Below, piece by piece: positions 12,560-26,586 of a stretch of DNA of 64,000 bases. This DNA comes from the human T2T-CHM13v2.0 reference genome, Homo sapiens. Below the pieces are notes generated by a model. The model saw nothing but the letters and a program-made list of their open reading frames with translations. It was not told the DNA's origin and searched no databases. Both the position numbers and the translations under genes were made by a program. Where the stretch lies: the NCBI RefSeq assembly GCF_009914755.1, contig NC_060942.1; one strand, written 5' to 3'. Numbering within the stretch: the stretch's first letter is position 1; every line of letters starts with the position of its first letter.

Positions 12560-13025
12560 TCCTATTAGAGTTATACCAGTTACTGTGATATGACAGTGGC
12601 TGGTTACACAATGTTAAGTAAAACAAATCCAATCTAAGTTCTCACATTGCTTCTGGTCTGGTGGAATGTAGCCATCATTCTGATGAATGCTCAAATACAG
12701 GATGAAATAAATGCTCTAATAGAACGAACAATATTTCAGTGACAGCAAATAATAAAGTGATCTGACCTCTACTGAGGGTGAGTGGAGAGGTTGACCAATG
12801 AATGAGGTTTATCTGGGGAAATGATACTTGAATTGAAACAGGAAGGATGTGTAGGATCAATTAGGATAGGGGAAATGTAGGGAAAGAGCATGTCAGACTG
12901 AGGGTAACAGCAGAGGCAGGGTCCTGTGGCAGGGATGATAAATGAACCAGTTCAGCCAGAACACTGTGAGTCAAGGGTAGCATGACATCAAATGAAGAGA
13001 GATGGAAGGTGGGTACCAGCCAGGT
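12560..13025 (-). mobile_element. L2 fragment
   Basis: Degenerate purine-rich L2 antisense motifs. Confidence 0.45.
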
Positions 13026-13027
13026 CA

Positions 13028-13352
13028 TGCAGTGTATCTTTCTAAAGGCCCTAGAGGTGAATCTATCTCCTTGCTTTTTCCTCTTGAGGCCCTCTTCCTC
13101 GATCTTCAAACCAGCAACATTTTCTCTGACTGATCATTGCTCTGACACTCCTCTTCTGCTGCCCTTTATTGCTTTTAAATACTTTTCCCCACATTTGAGC
13201 CTCACCTGGATAATTCAGGATAATCTCCCCAACTCAAGGTCTGTACTAATCACAACTGCAAAGTCCCTTTTGCCCTGTCATGTAACACAGTCACAGATTT
13301 GGGTGATTAAGATATGGCATCTTTTGGAGAGAGGTCATTATTCCGCCTATTA
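13028..13352 (-). mobile_element. MLT1 (MaLR) LTR fragment
   Basis: ggataattcaggataatctccc...aatcacaactgcaaagtcccttttgcc...cattattccgccta. Confidence 0.8.
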
Positions 13353-13516
13353 AATCAAATCTCCAGAATCTTTCTGTCATGGCTTTCATTAAGATATGGC
13401 TTTCATCAGTTTAATCCTCTCACTAATTGAATCACCATATAGTTGGTGAGAGTTATTATAGTCAAGTTCGATGCTAAAAAATAGACATGTAAATAACAAA
13501 ATAAAAGAATAGATTA

Positions 13517-13946
13517 TAGTTGGTTCTTGAACAATGCTGGGGTAAAGGAGGACAAATCCCTGCACAGCCAAAAATGTGTGTATAACTTTTGACTCTCCAA
13601 GAACTTAATTGCTAATAGCCCACTGTTGATCATAAGCCTTACCAAAAATAAAAAGTTGATTAACACATATTTTATGTTATATGTAGTATATACTCTATTT
13701 TTATAATAAAGTAAGCTAGACAAAAAAGATGTTATTTAGAAAATTATAAGAAAAAGAAAACATATTTACTATGTATTAAGTGGAAGTGGATCATTCTCAT
13801 TCTCATCGTCTTCATGTTGAGTAGGCTGAGGAGGAGAAGGAAGAGAAGGCGTTGGTCTTGCTGCCTCAGGGGTGGTAGAGGTGGAAGAAAATCTACATGT
13901 AAATGGACCCACACAATTCAAGCCCATGTTACTTAAGGGTCAACTG
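13517..13946. mobile_element. Tigger2a (MER28) TcMar DNA transposon
   Basis: TIRs (TAGTTGGTTCTTGAACAA / TTAAGGGTCAACTG), TA TSD on both sides, about 430 bp matching the recalled Tigger2a consensus. Confidence 0.88.
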
Positions 13947-16900
13947 TATATTACTCTAATAAAGTAAAGTCTAGGAGTCTAGCAGAAAGCATAGATTAGC
14001 AAACCTGCAATGATAGTGCAATGACAATATGTGGACATATAAATCAGACTCGGATGGAGGTGTGAGAGCATTCAGGAGAGATTTTTCCCATGGTGATCCA
14101 TGCATTTTTGCCAAAGAGCATGTAAAAGTTAATTTGCTAAAGAAGGAAAAGTGCTCTTAAAATATATGCCATACTTTAAACAATTTAGTTCCCAAAGGTT
14201 TATAGTAACTATTAGAGTTTTATCTTAATAAGACCCATTATTATGCACATGACAATTGCTTTTTGGCATGGAAAATAACTTGGCATTTTTCAAATCAATA
14301 CAAAATGTATGGTAATGGAAATTTAATTTTCTACCTATATCCTGACCAGTTTTTAAAGTCACTTGTTTTGGTAGAAAGTTATTGTTCTTTAAGTAAACTC
14401 TGTTCTATTTTAAGACAGATACTCCTGCACTAATCAAAAAACAATGACTAGAAATAATCACTTTCATAAACAAAGAATATATTCTCAAAAAACCCCCAGG
14501 AGGCTCTCCTCATTGCCTCTTCTCTCTTTCCTTCTTCACCTCCACCACCGCTCCCCAAAATGCACAATAAGCATAAAGACTGGGCTATGTGCTCCACTTA
14601 CAAGCTCCCAATGATTTGGCCTTTCTGTTGCACTTAACTCTCCCCACATTGGAAGTTCTAATTCCCAACTAAGCTGCAAATTTTTTAAGGAGAGCTGTAT
14701 ATTTTCTTCACTTTTATGATCCCGCAATCTAGAAGACTTCGTTGCAAAGTCTCACAAAATATTTTCAAATTCAACTTTTGCAGAATGTATACATATTGGT
14801 AAGAAGATAATTAGCAACAGCATGAGGCAGTTTCTGTATTTATCTGTTTTGCTAGATGAGAAAGCTGAGGCTTACAAGGATCATTCAACTTCTTCAGGTT
14901 CTTCTTGCCTAATCCCAATGTGACCTGTCTAGAGAGACTTTCACTGAACTCTTATGTAATTTCTACCAGGCTTGGTTACATGAACTGAAGGAGAGGGAAT
15001 GATGGCCCCTTCCAAAATCACGATACTTGAGGAAGCATCCAGCCTCCAAAATATAAATTCATCAACAAAGCATGCTTGCTGGAAAGCTCAATGGAGATGG
15101 ATCAATTGCGCACTCAGACATTTAAAGGTGAAAGATCAATCAAAACTGCCTTTGAACAACTAACCTGCTTTTACCTCCTGTAACAATGTTAGGGAATTAG
15201 CACATTAGTCCACTTTGTTTTTGTCTTATTTATGCTTACAAGTAACTTAACAAATCCAACATTTAATATCTTCATAAATAATATGTTTTAGTTTGAGTTA
15301 ATTTTATACACAAAAAACTCTTCTATGTATCATTAATATTGAATTTTAAAATGATGCAACTTAGAAGTCAGAAAAGACATAAATTATTTTCAATTTCGTG
15401 AAAGAGTCAAGAAAACAAACAAATAAACAGCAACCCAAACAAACCAGCCTCTGGTGAGTGTGTGACTGTGGGAATGAGCGCCCAAGTAGAATGTCTGCCA
15501 TGTTTTGCTGCGTTGCGCTGGGAAGGAAAGAAGTGCAGGATTTGGAGTCAGGAAAAACTGCCTTGGTTTTTTCCAGCCCCATTCTCTGACTGTCTCATAG
15601 ATTTAGTAAATATCAGGAAACCAGGCTTTAAAACCCTGTGTTCTGGAAGAGAAAAATCCTGTAAAACATTGTCTCTTTAAGCAGCAGAGTTAGGTAGATT
15701 GCCCAGGGTGACTCAAAATTCTCATCAATAACTTTCTAGTTATTTCAGGAATTTAGACCCCCAAGGAGGTCATGACTCCCTGCAACCTAGAGAGAGTTGT
15801 ATTACTAATATAAAGAATATAATTGGCCTGAGGATTATATGGTTTGTGATTAAAAGAGGATAATTTTCTTGAGCCTTTAATTTGATCATGAAATTTTAGC
15901 CATAGGCACATAACTGGTGATAAGGCAAAAGGCAGGCCAGTGGTCCTACCCTGTTAAAAGTGACAGTTGCCTGGTCCCCACACTCATTAAAATGGATTCA
16001 GTAGGTAGAGAGAGGAGCTAAGTTTTACGTATATATTTAACACTAGATTGAATGGGAGATCGCATCCCAATGTTTTTATTCCATGGCTTTATACATTTTA
16101 AACGTCAACTGTGAAAACCGAGGGACTAATAATCTGGTTTATAAATTAACCACTGAGTAATTAAAACGTTTAGACTTTTCAGAAACCTTGTTGTATGAGT
16201 TTATTTCCCTCCCCGCCCTTTAAATTCCAAAAACGCACTCAGACTCTCTTAGCGTTCATTAGAATCTCAATTAGAAACGTAGCTATTTATTACAAGTTAT
16301 GACAAAAGATTATGGCAGATGGGGAGTGGGTAGTAAAATTCTGTCATTTTAACATTCATATTTCCCTTAGGCTTTTTTGAATTTTCTCTTTTATTCAAGA
16401 GTTCCCTTAGAGATGTTACTTCAAAACTCCAGTCTCTTCAATCCCCTCTACAATATTTTCAGATAATTTTAAACAGTGTCTCTAGTTAGGAAACAGAGGA
16501 ACCACGTATTCATTCTGGCATTAATTTCTGAGTTTTACCTCATCCCTTCTATGTTGTGATTTTCTTTTCTTTTGTTAATTTCATGAATGACAGTTAAAAA
16601 GAAAACATTAAAATTCTCAAAAGGTGCCCAAGAATTATGAAAGCATTTAAAACGGACTTTTAGACCTGGTTGATGCTTCATGCCCATGGCAATCTTGGCT
16701 AATGAGACCATTTACACTCATGAAATAAAAAAAATGGTCTGCAGAAAGCCATGAGATACATCTTTATACATTTAAATACATTAGCTGTATTATCTGGACG
16801 TTATTGAATTGCAAGGCCAGGCGCCTCAATTATTTGAGAAGCATATTTAAAATAGCCAAGCCCTAGTTAAAAAGAACAGTTTGAATTTTTAAAAGTTTAT

Positions 16901-17189
16901 ATTGCCAGGATACCATTTATTATGTTAATGATTATTCTTATTTAAAAATGGAACTGTAATAGTTCTTGTTGAAGTGGACCATTAAAGCTTATTTCCACAA
17001 TTTTCAGTCAATGTAATGCTATACTAGAGTCTCATAGTCTTTAAAACATTATCTGACCCCAGTGAGTTTAGCCAGCTGAATTAGCTATTTCAGGATATTA
17101 AGGTACCACTAGGATAATTAAAGCAGGAAGTTACTTAATAATACCCCGGAGCATTCTTCAGCATCGAGGGGCAACTTGGAGAAAAGGTA

Positions 17190-17345
17190 GATTTAGTTAT
17201 TCCACAATGTATATATACACTTCAAAATATCATGATGCACATGACATATATACAATTTTATCTGTCAATCTTAAAATGTTGCATAACTTGTCCAAGGTCA
17301 CACAATTAGTGAGCATAGGTCTTGAGTCCAAGCACTCTGCATACA
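17190..17345. mobile_element. Short L1MA-type 3' tail followed by MIR fragment
   Basis: attccacaatgtatatatac...tacaattttatctgtcaat, then aacttgtccaaggtcacaca. Confidence 0.6.
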
Positions 17346-17711
17346 GATTTTATGACCCCACAGCTAAAACACTTGTATGTTGTGTTTCCCAGGGCTACTT
17401 CTACTTCAGAGAAGACAAGTTTTTAGCCAAAATAATAACTTAAGGGTTTATTAATAATTTTTTATTTCAAATATATATATATATGGAAAATGCAACTCAT
17501 CATTTTATAAGTGATTTGTCTTTTTAATTTCCTATGCATTGTGGAAATATGAGCAAAAATAAGGCCATTCTAAGTAGAAGTCAAGGTACAAATAACTTCG
17601 GTTTTCCAATTATATCCTCTTCCCACTGCACCGTGGCCAATGATCCTTGTAAAATATATGGCCTCTGATCCTCATAAAATATGTAGATGTGCCAGTTTGC
17701 TTTTATTTTTA

Positions 17712-18006
17712 AATTTTAATAGACTTTATTTTTAAAGCAGATTTAGGTTCACAGAAATATTGAGCAGAAAGTAGAGAGAGCTCTTATATGCTTCCTGCCT
17801 CACATATGCACAACCTCCACCACCGTCAATATTCCCCACCAGGATGGTACATTTGGTACAATCTATGAACCTATATTGACACACAAGTATCACCGAAATA
17901 GTAGTTTATGTTAGCTTTCACTCTTGATGTTCTATGGGTTTGAACAAATACATAATGACTAGTATCCAATATTATAGTATCATACAGAGTAGTTTCCCTG
18001 TTTTAA
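17712..18006 (-). mobile_element. L1MC-type 3' end
   Basis: tttaggttcacag...ttgagcagaaagta...ggtacatttggtacaat...atcatacagagtagtttc. Confidence 0.8.
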
Positions 18007-18139
18007 CAATTCCTCTTAATTACATTTAAATTTAGAAAAATTATTCTGGTTTCAGTGCAGAAAATGGATTGGCACATGGAAGGTTAATGCTCTGTGTGTG
18101 GGGAGCTTAATGTAGGAGTCTCTTCTTTTGCCATTGTCA

Positions 18140-18345
18140 CAATAATAATAATAGTAATAATGAACCAACTATTTACTAAATTCTTAAAGCAAGCTTATAT
18201 GCTGGGAACTTTTAAAATACTTTATTACTGAAGAAAATGAAACGGAAAAGTTAAGCAACAGGGGAAGTATAACACAATTCCTAAGTGAAGCAACTGAACG
18301 TTGAACCCAGTTCTTTTCAGAGTCCCAGCTTTTGCTCACAAATGC
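18140..18345 (-). mobile_element. MIR fragment
   Basis: Degenerate MIR motifs (aatgaaacggaaaagttaagcaac...ttgaacccag). Confidence 0.45.
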
Positions 18346-18619
18346 AATATTCTCTTTACCACCATTACACTTTGCAACTAATTCTGATCTTCTGACCCTG
18401 AAGCAAGAGGCTTCTCATAGTAGCCTAACTAGGATATTGTTATTCTGGTATAGAAAATATCCAGACATTATACTGGTTGGGTACAGCTACTTTAAACTTT
18501 TCACCTATCCCTGGAGCAAGTTGGGTTAGGGATTTTCTATATTTTTCTACTTTTTAGTATCAGTTGGGACTATGAAGCCTAATAATTCAGTCCCTCTGGT
18601 AACCACCAGTTATTCTATT

Positions 18620-19915
18620 TTATCAAAGTCAATGGCAGATTATTAGTCCACATTTTACTTGTTCCTTCTGCAATATTTGAGAGTTGATCTCTCCCTTCTT
18701 GAAACACTTTCTTCACTTCATGTTCAGAACATCACATTCTACTTTCTTACTTCATTTTCCACCCTTTCTCACACTCCTTAATTCAATCCTCCATCTCTTC
18801 TCCAAAGTTAAGGTCTGAGGGGCCTCTAGACTTAGTCCTCAAAGCACCTCTCTATGTACACCAAGGGTTTACTTGAGATCTTCTAGTCCCCTTGATCAAC
18901 TCACTGAATAGTGCAAAGATACATCTCCATCCCTGAATTCTTCCTAAACTCTAGAATCTTATATTCGACTTTCTACTCAACATCTTCACATGGAAAACCA
19001 ATTGGCATCTCAAACTTAATATGCACACACTGATTACTTGACTATTTCTCAGACCAAGTCTGTTTATCCTTCAGTAATTTTAGAAGATACATTTTTAAGC
19101 CATATGATGAAACTTTTCTTCATCCTTTCTTGGTCACATCACATATACAATCCAGCAGCAAATAAAATTAAATCTGAGATCAAAAGCAACGTTGAATCTG
19201 ACTGCTTCTTTCTCCCTTAATCTCCAGTGTCTAGTCTAGTACTACGTATAGGAATGGTGCAATACTAATACACCCATTTTGACTGACGTACCATAATATC
19301 CCCTAACAAGTACCTTCACTGCAAGTCATGATCACACAGCTTTCAGAGTGAGTCTCTTAAAATATACATCAAATTATGTAGCTTCTATGTCTCTATCCTC
19401 CAATGGTTAATTACACCATGTAAAACAAAATCTGAAGTCCTTTTCATGGACTCAGTGTCACACATGATCTGACTCCCTGTTACCTCTCTGATCTCATTTC
19501 TTACTACTCTTTTTCTGGTTTATTCCATTCCTATCACAGTGGCCTCTATTCTTCCAAGCATACTTTTACCTCAGGGCTTTATTACTTGTTCCCCTGCCTA
19601 AAACACCTTTTCTCTTGATGTTCTCGACGTTCCCTCCCTCATTTGCTTCATTCATTCCTTTGCTTCAATATTATCTCCTCAGAGATACCTCTTCTGATCA
19701 AGGTCTTTAAGAGAGCACTCAGTCTAAAATCTCACATAGAATTTTTTTATTCATGACTTATTCATTGTATTGTAGTCTATATTTTAATATGTATTTATGT
19801 TTTTGTCTAGTACCTGTCTCTCTGGCTAGAATGTTAAGTTCTACGTGGATAAGGACTTGGCCTGTTTTTCTCACTCCTATAACCAGAATCTGGGGCAGTG
19901 CCTGCCACATCCTAG
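18620..19915 (+). mobile_element. L2 (L2a-like) 3' region
   Basis: ccttcttgaaacacttt, ggcatctcaaacttaatatg, ctcagggctttatacttg, ctagaatgttaagttc motifs. Confidence 0.75.
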
Positions 19916-19959
19916 GAGCTGGTTTCTTCCTCCTTCATGCCACTACCTCTCTGCACATA

Positions 19960-20195
19960 AGGACCAGATGTTTGGACCTTGGAGTTTTGTAGTCCTAGAC
20001 TGAGTCTCTAGCTTTCATCTTATTGCCTGCCCCCATGGGCAAATTTGATATATCTCACTTTTCTCAACTCTAGATTTGGCATAAGAGTGCCCACCACCTC
20101 AAGCTGCTGAGATGAGAACTAAATGTAGAGCCCTTCTTAAAGTAATGAGCATAAAGCCTGATATATAGTAAGGGCTCTATAAGCGTTATTTATTA
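19960..20195 (+). mobile_element. MIR fragment
   Basis: gggcaaatttgatatatctc...aaagcctgatatatagtaagggctctataagcgttatttatt. Confidence 0.5.
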
Positions 20196-23100
20196 TTTTT
20201 ACTGATTCCTTAAGAGATCTTAAATTGAGTAAACTCAGTTAGTCTATTCTTTGGTAAAACTTTTAGTTAAACTTTTAAAACAATCTATTTTAGGTGCAAT
20301 TTGAGATTGTATTGTAATAACAAACCCATATGTACTAACTATATATTAAAACAATCCCATCAGCCTGCTACAGTCTTGTGTTGCACTACAGTTTCTATTT
20401 TATTTTCTGTATGTTACACCCTTAGTGTTTAAGTTATACTCTAATTTACTTATGTGTAGGTAATTCCTTTCTAGCAGAGAAAAATGTGGTCACTTATAGG
20501 TAATACCTTGTCCTAAATTCTCATATGTTGAATGTTGTTGAGAGTGAGTCTCTTTGTTAAGATAAAGCATTCTTTTGCAGTTTATGAAAAAGTTGAATTT
20601 TTCCATTTCCATTTGAATTACTCTAATTCATATACATATCAATAGCTAAAATGTTTTTTAAAAAACATAGACTATAAAATTATTTATATAGAGCAGATTG
20701 CTAATAGAATGCTTATCTTTACATTTTATTTTAGAGCTATAGCCAATTATATTTAGTTTTCAGCTTAATGGAGTAAATCTCAAACAGAATTAGAGGTCTA
20801 AATGAGTCATCCAAATGTGCTGTGCTTCATAATATAACCCTTTAGCTGACAGAGGTTTCACTCATTGAATCATGTAAATGGATTTTCTATTTACTCACGT
20901 AATATCTCAGAAAATTATTGCTTGAAAGGTCAATAATATCAACATGGGACTTTTTAATTAGAAATAGTGGGTAACTGAGTCATGCTTCTAGGAATTTAAT
21001 ATCTCTTACATTCATGTATCTTGGCTTTTTATTGGTCAACTAATGGTGATAATTATTTTCAGCTCATCCTCATACAGAATTATCATTACACAATAACACC
21101 TATTCCTGTGTTTTAACCAGGTAGTTTTGGGAGTAAAGCCAGAAGAAAGGTGTTTGGTTCAAGCCCCTTACCATGTAGTTCTGTCAAGAGTCAGAACAGT
21201 CTCGCTTCTGCCACTAGGAGGCTTCGGAGTGGCATTTATATAATGAGATTCCGTTTTTCTCTTTGAAAAGAAAGGGTTTGGACTAAATTATTTCTAATAT
21301 ATTTTCTGTTTTTTTTTTTTTTTTGACATTCTATGATGTTTCGATGTCTATTCACTGAATATACGGAAAGCCTCTGGCACAACGGGTATAACCAAGATTC
21401 TATGTGACAAGTTAATTCAGTGGTGGAATATCTATATAAATTTGGGATTTTATTGTATATTAAAACTGTTAGAAAAAAAACTCTCAGCCATATTCCAGAA
21501 AATTTGTAACGTAATATATTCAAGTCAAACAGCCAGACTGCTCTCATTACATAAAGACTGGGAATTGTCACATAGTTCCATGTATGTGTAAAGGCTGTCA
21601 CCTGTTAAAAATGCAGCTATTGAATTGCATTGATTGTGTTCATTCTTCTTTAATAGAGTGCAAAGAGTTATTTTTTTGGTAAATAATAGTTTTCTTTTCA
21701 GATAAATAACCAGTTTCATCAAGAAGGTAAATACCAAGCCTAGAACTTTCAGAGGTGTTCTTGGAAGCAAAATTCTATATGATTGCTTAATAGAGAATTA
21801 ATAAGTAAATATGAGACGTTATATATAAAAATGCATCTACCTTTTGGTGTTAAGAGAGAGTATGTTTATTAATATTTATAAATAACATTATTCTTTCGGT
21901 TGCTGATATATTGAGATGCTGGGAAATGCATTAGTAACTTGAATAGTTTTCTAAATAAGTGTTGAAGTGGTTCTCAGTGAACTTTGAGTTTCACTTACAC
22001 AAAAAACCTTCACATTTTAAATTCGTAAGTATCCATTTAAATATGTTTAGAATAGAAGTTGGTCCCTGTAAATAAATATTACAGATTTTGTCTTGATTTT
22101 CAAGTTCAGTGAAGTCTATCTTGATAGTAGTCCTAATTTACGATTAAGCATAAATTAAATAAGTATTAATCAGTTTACATGCAAACACACTCAAATATTC
22201 AGATGGATTGGCCTTCAGTGTTTATATTTAAACAACCATCTCTTTAGCAATCCCTGATGATAGTTCTGTTACCGCAGAGAACAATAAAACTGTACAGATG
22301 GCTTAGCTTTATACATTGGCTTTAAATAAGCAATGCGTCTTTCTTGTCTTTAAAAAGAAGCAACTAGAATTCATTGATTGCTCATTATGTGCCTAGGGGT
22401 GAGACTCAATTTTCACATTGATAACCGTGGAAATAACAACTTTTATGCTTGAGGAAGAAGTCGGGTAGGTTCATCTTATATTCTATAACTGAATTCCCAC
22501 TTCTGATCAGGTAAACTTTGGTTAAAATGTAAAAGGACTCAAAAGACTTTCACTTTTTTTTTGGAACAGAATCAAAATAAATGAACAGTTTGAGAAATGG
22601 AAAGGTTTGGAGTTTGTTGATCTAGCTACTAGATTGTAGATTAAGTGATGCTTAACATCTCTTTGAACCTTCATTTTGAGTGTTTTAATATTGAAATTGC
22701 ACATGAACACAGCATCACACTGGAAACCTATTTTTCCTGCAAACTTAGGTAAATATTCTTCTGCAGATGAAGTTATTGGGTGTTGTAGAAGTATGTACAT
22801 GCTGGAAATTCAGATTTACTCCATGACCTTATACAAACAAGAGATAAGATGCTAACCATACGTTGCTAAGGGAGGAGATGTATCATGTATTCTCTGTTTA
22901 TACAGGAGACTAGACGATCTGGTTACCAGAGTATCTGGTGATCCATGCTATGCTATGACAAAATATTCAATTAAAGTTGCAGTGACATGGATGGCAGTAT
23001 AAGAAATTCTTGATAAGATTACAAGCCAAAAAGTGAATGGTAATATAAAGAACACTACAAATCAAGACTTTGAAGTGTTGAAAACATCAGGACAAAATTG

Positions 23101-24079
23101 AAAATATTAGAATGGCTTTGTAAGACAGAGGCTGAACAAAACTATTCAGTTGAATGTAGTAACTCAGGGAAAATATTATAACATAAGTAGAATGTTGTTA
23201 ACAATTAAATTACCCAGTTGGATAAAATAACTCAAACAAAGTTCAGAATAATAGTTTGGAGTAGCCTGAATTAAGGGAAAGGGGTGGGCTAGAGACAGAA
23301 AGGAAGTAAAGTCAATAAAGTAAAAAAAAAAAAAGAGCATATTTTATAAATATGATTGAAGAAAACAATTTAGGGTATTATTGGATATTGTTACCAGCAC
23401 ATGTAATAATCAAATAAATTTAAATAATAAATAATTTAAATAATAAATAATAAATTTGAATAATCAAAATTAAAATGCAATGTAGATTTTGAGAAAGTTA
23501 TATTGCCAAAGAAACCACAAGCCTAGACTTTTTTAAAAAGCCTCTGAAACTTTTATTTTACACATCTTTTAGGAATCATCCTTCTGTTGGGCCAAGAAAG
23601 ATGTATATAGCTTGCCCAAAACGACATACTTCGAAGTGTTCGCCTTATATGTACAAAATCATGAGAGATGAGAAGTAATTTGCAGAAGACAGGAGTAGAT
23701 GCTGTAGAAAAGAAAAAGACACAGGTAATAATAGGGCAAAATTACTACCAGAGGAACCCTATACTTTTTCAGTGTATTATCTGCAGGATTACAATGGTGT
23801 CGTGCGAAAATGACCACTGTTGTGTTCAGTTTATTTTTTTTATTTTATTTTTATTTTTCTGAAGCCTGAACTGAACATTATTTATACATCTTGGATTTTG
23901 AGCTGAATTCAGTGACTGGGAATCACATTGTACTGTCTCCCCTCAATAAGTTAATTGTATTTGCTTTGTGCAATGCCAGCAAAAGTGTGATTTTGTCTGG
24001 TAGAGAGAAGGCTAGGCTTCACCAAATAATGGTCTTCTCCACATTTTTCAGACTCTCTTGTAATTATGTATGGACCATA

Positions 24080-24320
24080 TACTGGGGTTCCAGCCAATGT
24101 GAGGTAAGAGAAAGTGAAGTAAGGTACTTTGGGTCATAGTTCTCTAAATCATCTTGCGGAATCCTTCTGCCCTTTCTTCTCTCCACAATCCTGGTGCCAT
24201 GCATACGAGATGGAGGAGATTCATCCAATCTCACTGAATAGAGATTTGAGCAAGAAGTAAACTTTTACTGCTTTACACTAAGACTGTGTGATTTTGCCAT
24301 CAATCACAAGCTAACCTTTA
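24080..24320 (+). mobile_element. Old MLT1 (MaLR) LTR fragment
   Basis: tgagcaagaagtaaactttt...actaagac 3' motif. Confidence 0.45.
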
Positions 24321-24339
24321 TTTAGACTTCCACTGTTGC

Positions 24340-25050
24340 TCTAGAGATTAGTTTCATACTCTCAATTTTTTGAATATCATCTGCTTTGGGGGTCTCTATG
24401 TAAAACTTTGTTCTTTGCATTTGGCTTTCTGGAGTTTTACAAGTTGTAAGTTTATTTTTATTATCCTTTCTTGAAAATATTTTGGGTTCTTGCATGTGAG
24501 GATTGGTGTCTTTAATTTGCAAAAATTTAAGACTTGAATATTGTTTCTGCTTCACTTTCGCTATTCTTTTCATGAGAATCAATTAAACATGTCAGTTTTT
24601 TTATACCATCTCTTCTCTCCCCATCTTTTGTCTCTCTGCCTATCATTTTCTATAGTTTCTTCTGACTTGTCTTCAAATTTATTAACCATCTCTTTAGCTG
24701 TTTTTAAACTGCTACTAAACTCATCTATTGGGACCTCTTAATTTTGTTACTGTATTTTTTTATTCTAGAATTTTAATTTTTCTACAAATCAGCTAAACTC
24801 ATTTTAGAGTTTCTAGTTAACCGATGAAGTTTTTAAGCCTGGTTTTATCTCATGACTTTTTTTATTTTTTATTTTTTAGTTTGTGGTCATTTGTGATGCA
24901 TCTCACTGTTTCCCTTTATCTTTGTATATCAGAAATGTTATTTAAGAAAAACACATACAAATAACATGAGTCTTAGGATAATATTCTCTTCCTCCAGAAA
25001 GAAATTTTGTTTACTTTTCCTACAGGTGCTGATGGTCTGGGGTCCTTGCT
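24340..25050 (-). mobile_element. Old L1ME/HAL1 ORF1-region fragment
   Basis: Minus-strand ORF remnant KDTNPHMQE resembles L1 ORF1; 'ctcttcctccagaaag' 5' motif. Confidence 0.55.
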
Positions 25051-25848
25051 GAATTTCAAGGTTAGAGAATTTCTTGGCCATAAAATGTCATAAAGGCAGG
25101 CTATAGCTCTTGAGGCAGATGTTCTGGCCTCTCCTGACTACCAGGGCAAGGATTGTTTAGGAGTTTGGCTCCACACATGGCCTAGAAGAACTACTTAGTT
25201 CCCTAATCTTAAGGGTTATTGATGGTTACTTGATTTTTATGTTCTGATACAAAAAGTGTTGTGACTTGATCACTTGGAAAAATTCGAGGTCATAAAACTA
25301 AGCAAAGGATGTGGCTAGGATTAGGAAAGATAAATACATTTTTCCTCTCTCTTATTTCTTATAATTAGTTAATTGGGAAAAATTGGAATCTACTACTACC
25401 ATAGCCATATCATAAATAAATCTGCATCTTAATTAAATTTTGTATTTTTGTGTATGAAAAACTACCATTTTTAACATGAACATGTCATTTTCAAGTATGC
25501 TTTTCTGTCAAATTTAAAGAACAATTTATATAACTGTATCTCTTTTATTCATATACTTGTTCATGTGCTAGATTGCGCTGAACTCATATGTGCAATGAAA
25601 TACAGTGTATTGATAGAACAGATGATGTAGGATCATACTTTACAATGTGGTGACAAAATATGTCTAACTCTCTTTTGATGATCCATATTATATTCTTAAA
25701 TTCAGCTCCATTTCTTTTGTCTGATGTCTATTTGTACATTTTCACAACACTGATTTTCTTTTAGTCTTTCAGTTTCCTCTGTCTTACAAATTACTTGCAT
25801 AAAAAAAGAATCAATTTTAATCTAAAACCAAAACAACAAATATTTTGA

Positions 25849-26165
<317 letters not shown>

Positions 26166-26280
26166 CCAGTGTTATATCTAATTATGAAAAAAACCCAAAC
26201 AATTGCCATTTTTAAGTCATTTCCAGTGTTAGAAACCAAGTTGTCAGGGTGGTTGCAGTCATGGGAGCAGGTAGTTAAAC

Positions 26281-26586
<306 letters not shown>

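Noticed and set aside
15109-16244. CGCACTCAGAC occurring twice
   Set aside because: Many 11-mer matches are expected by chance in 64 kb.
22495-22516. Third AG|GT site (TCTGATCAG|GTAAAC)
   Set aside because: Weak donor and short pyrimidine tract; expected by chance.
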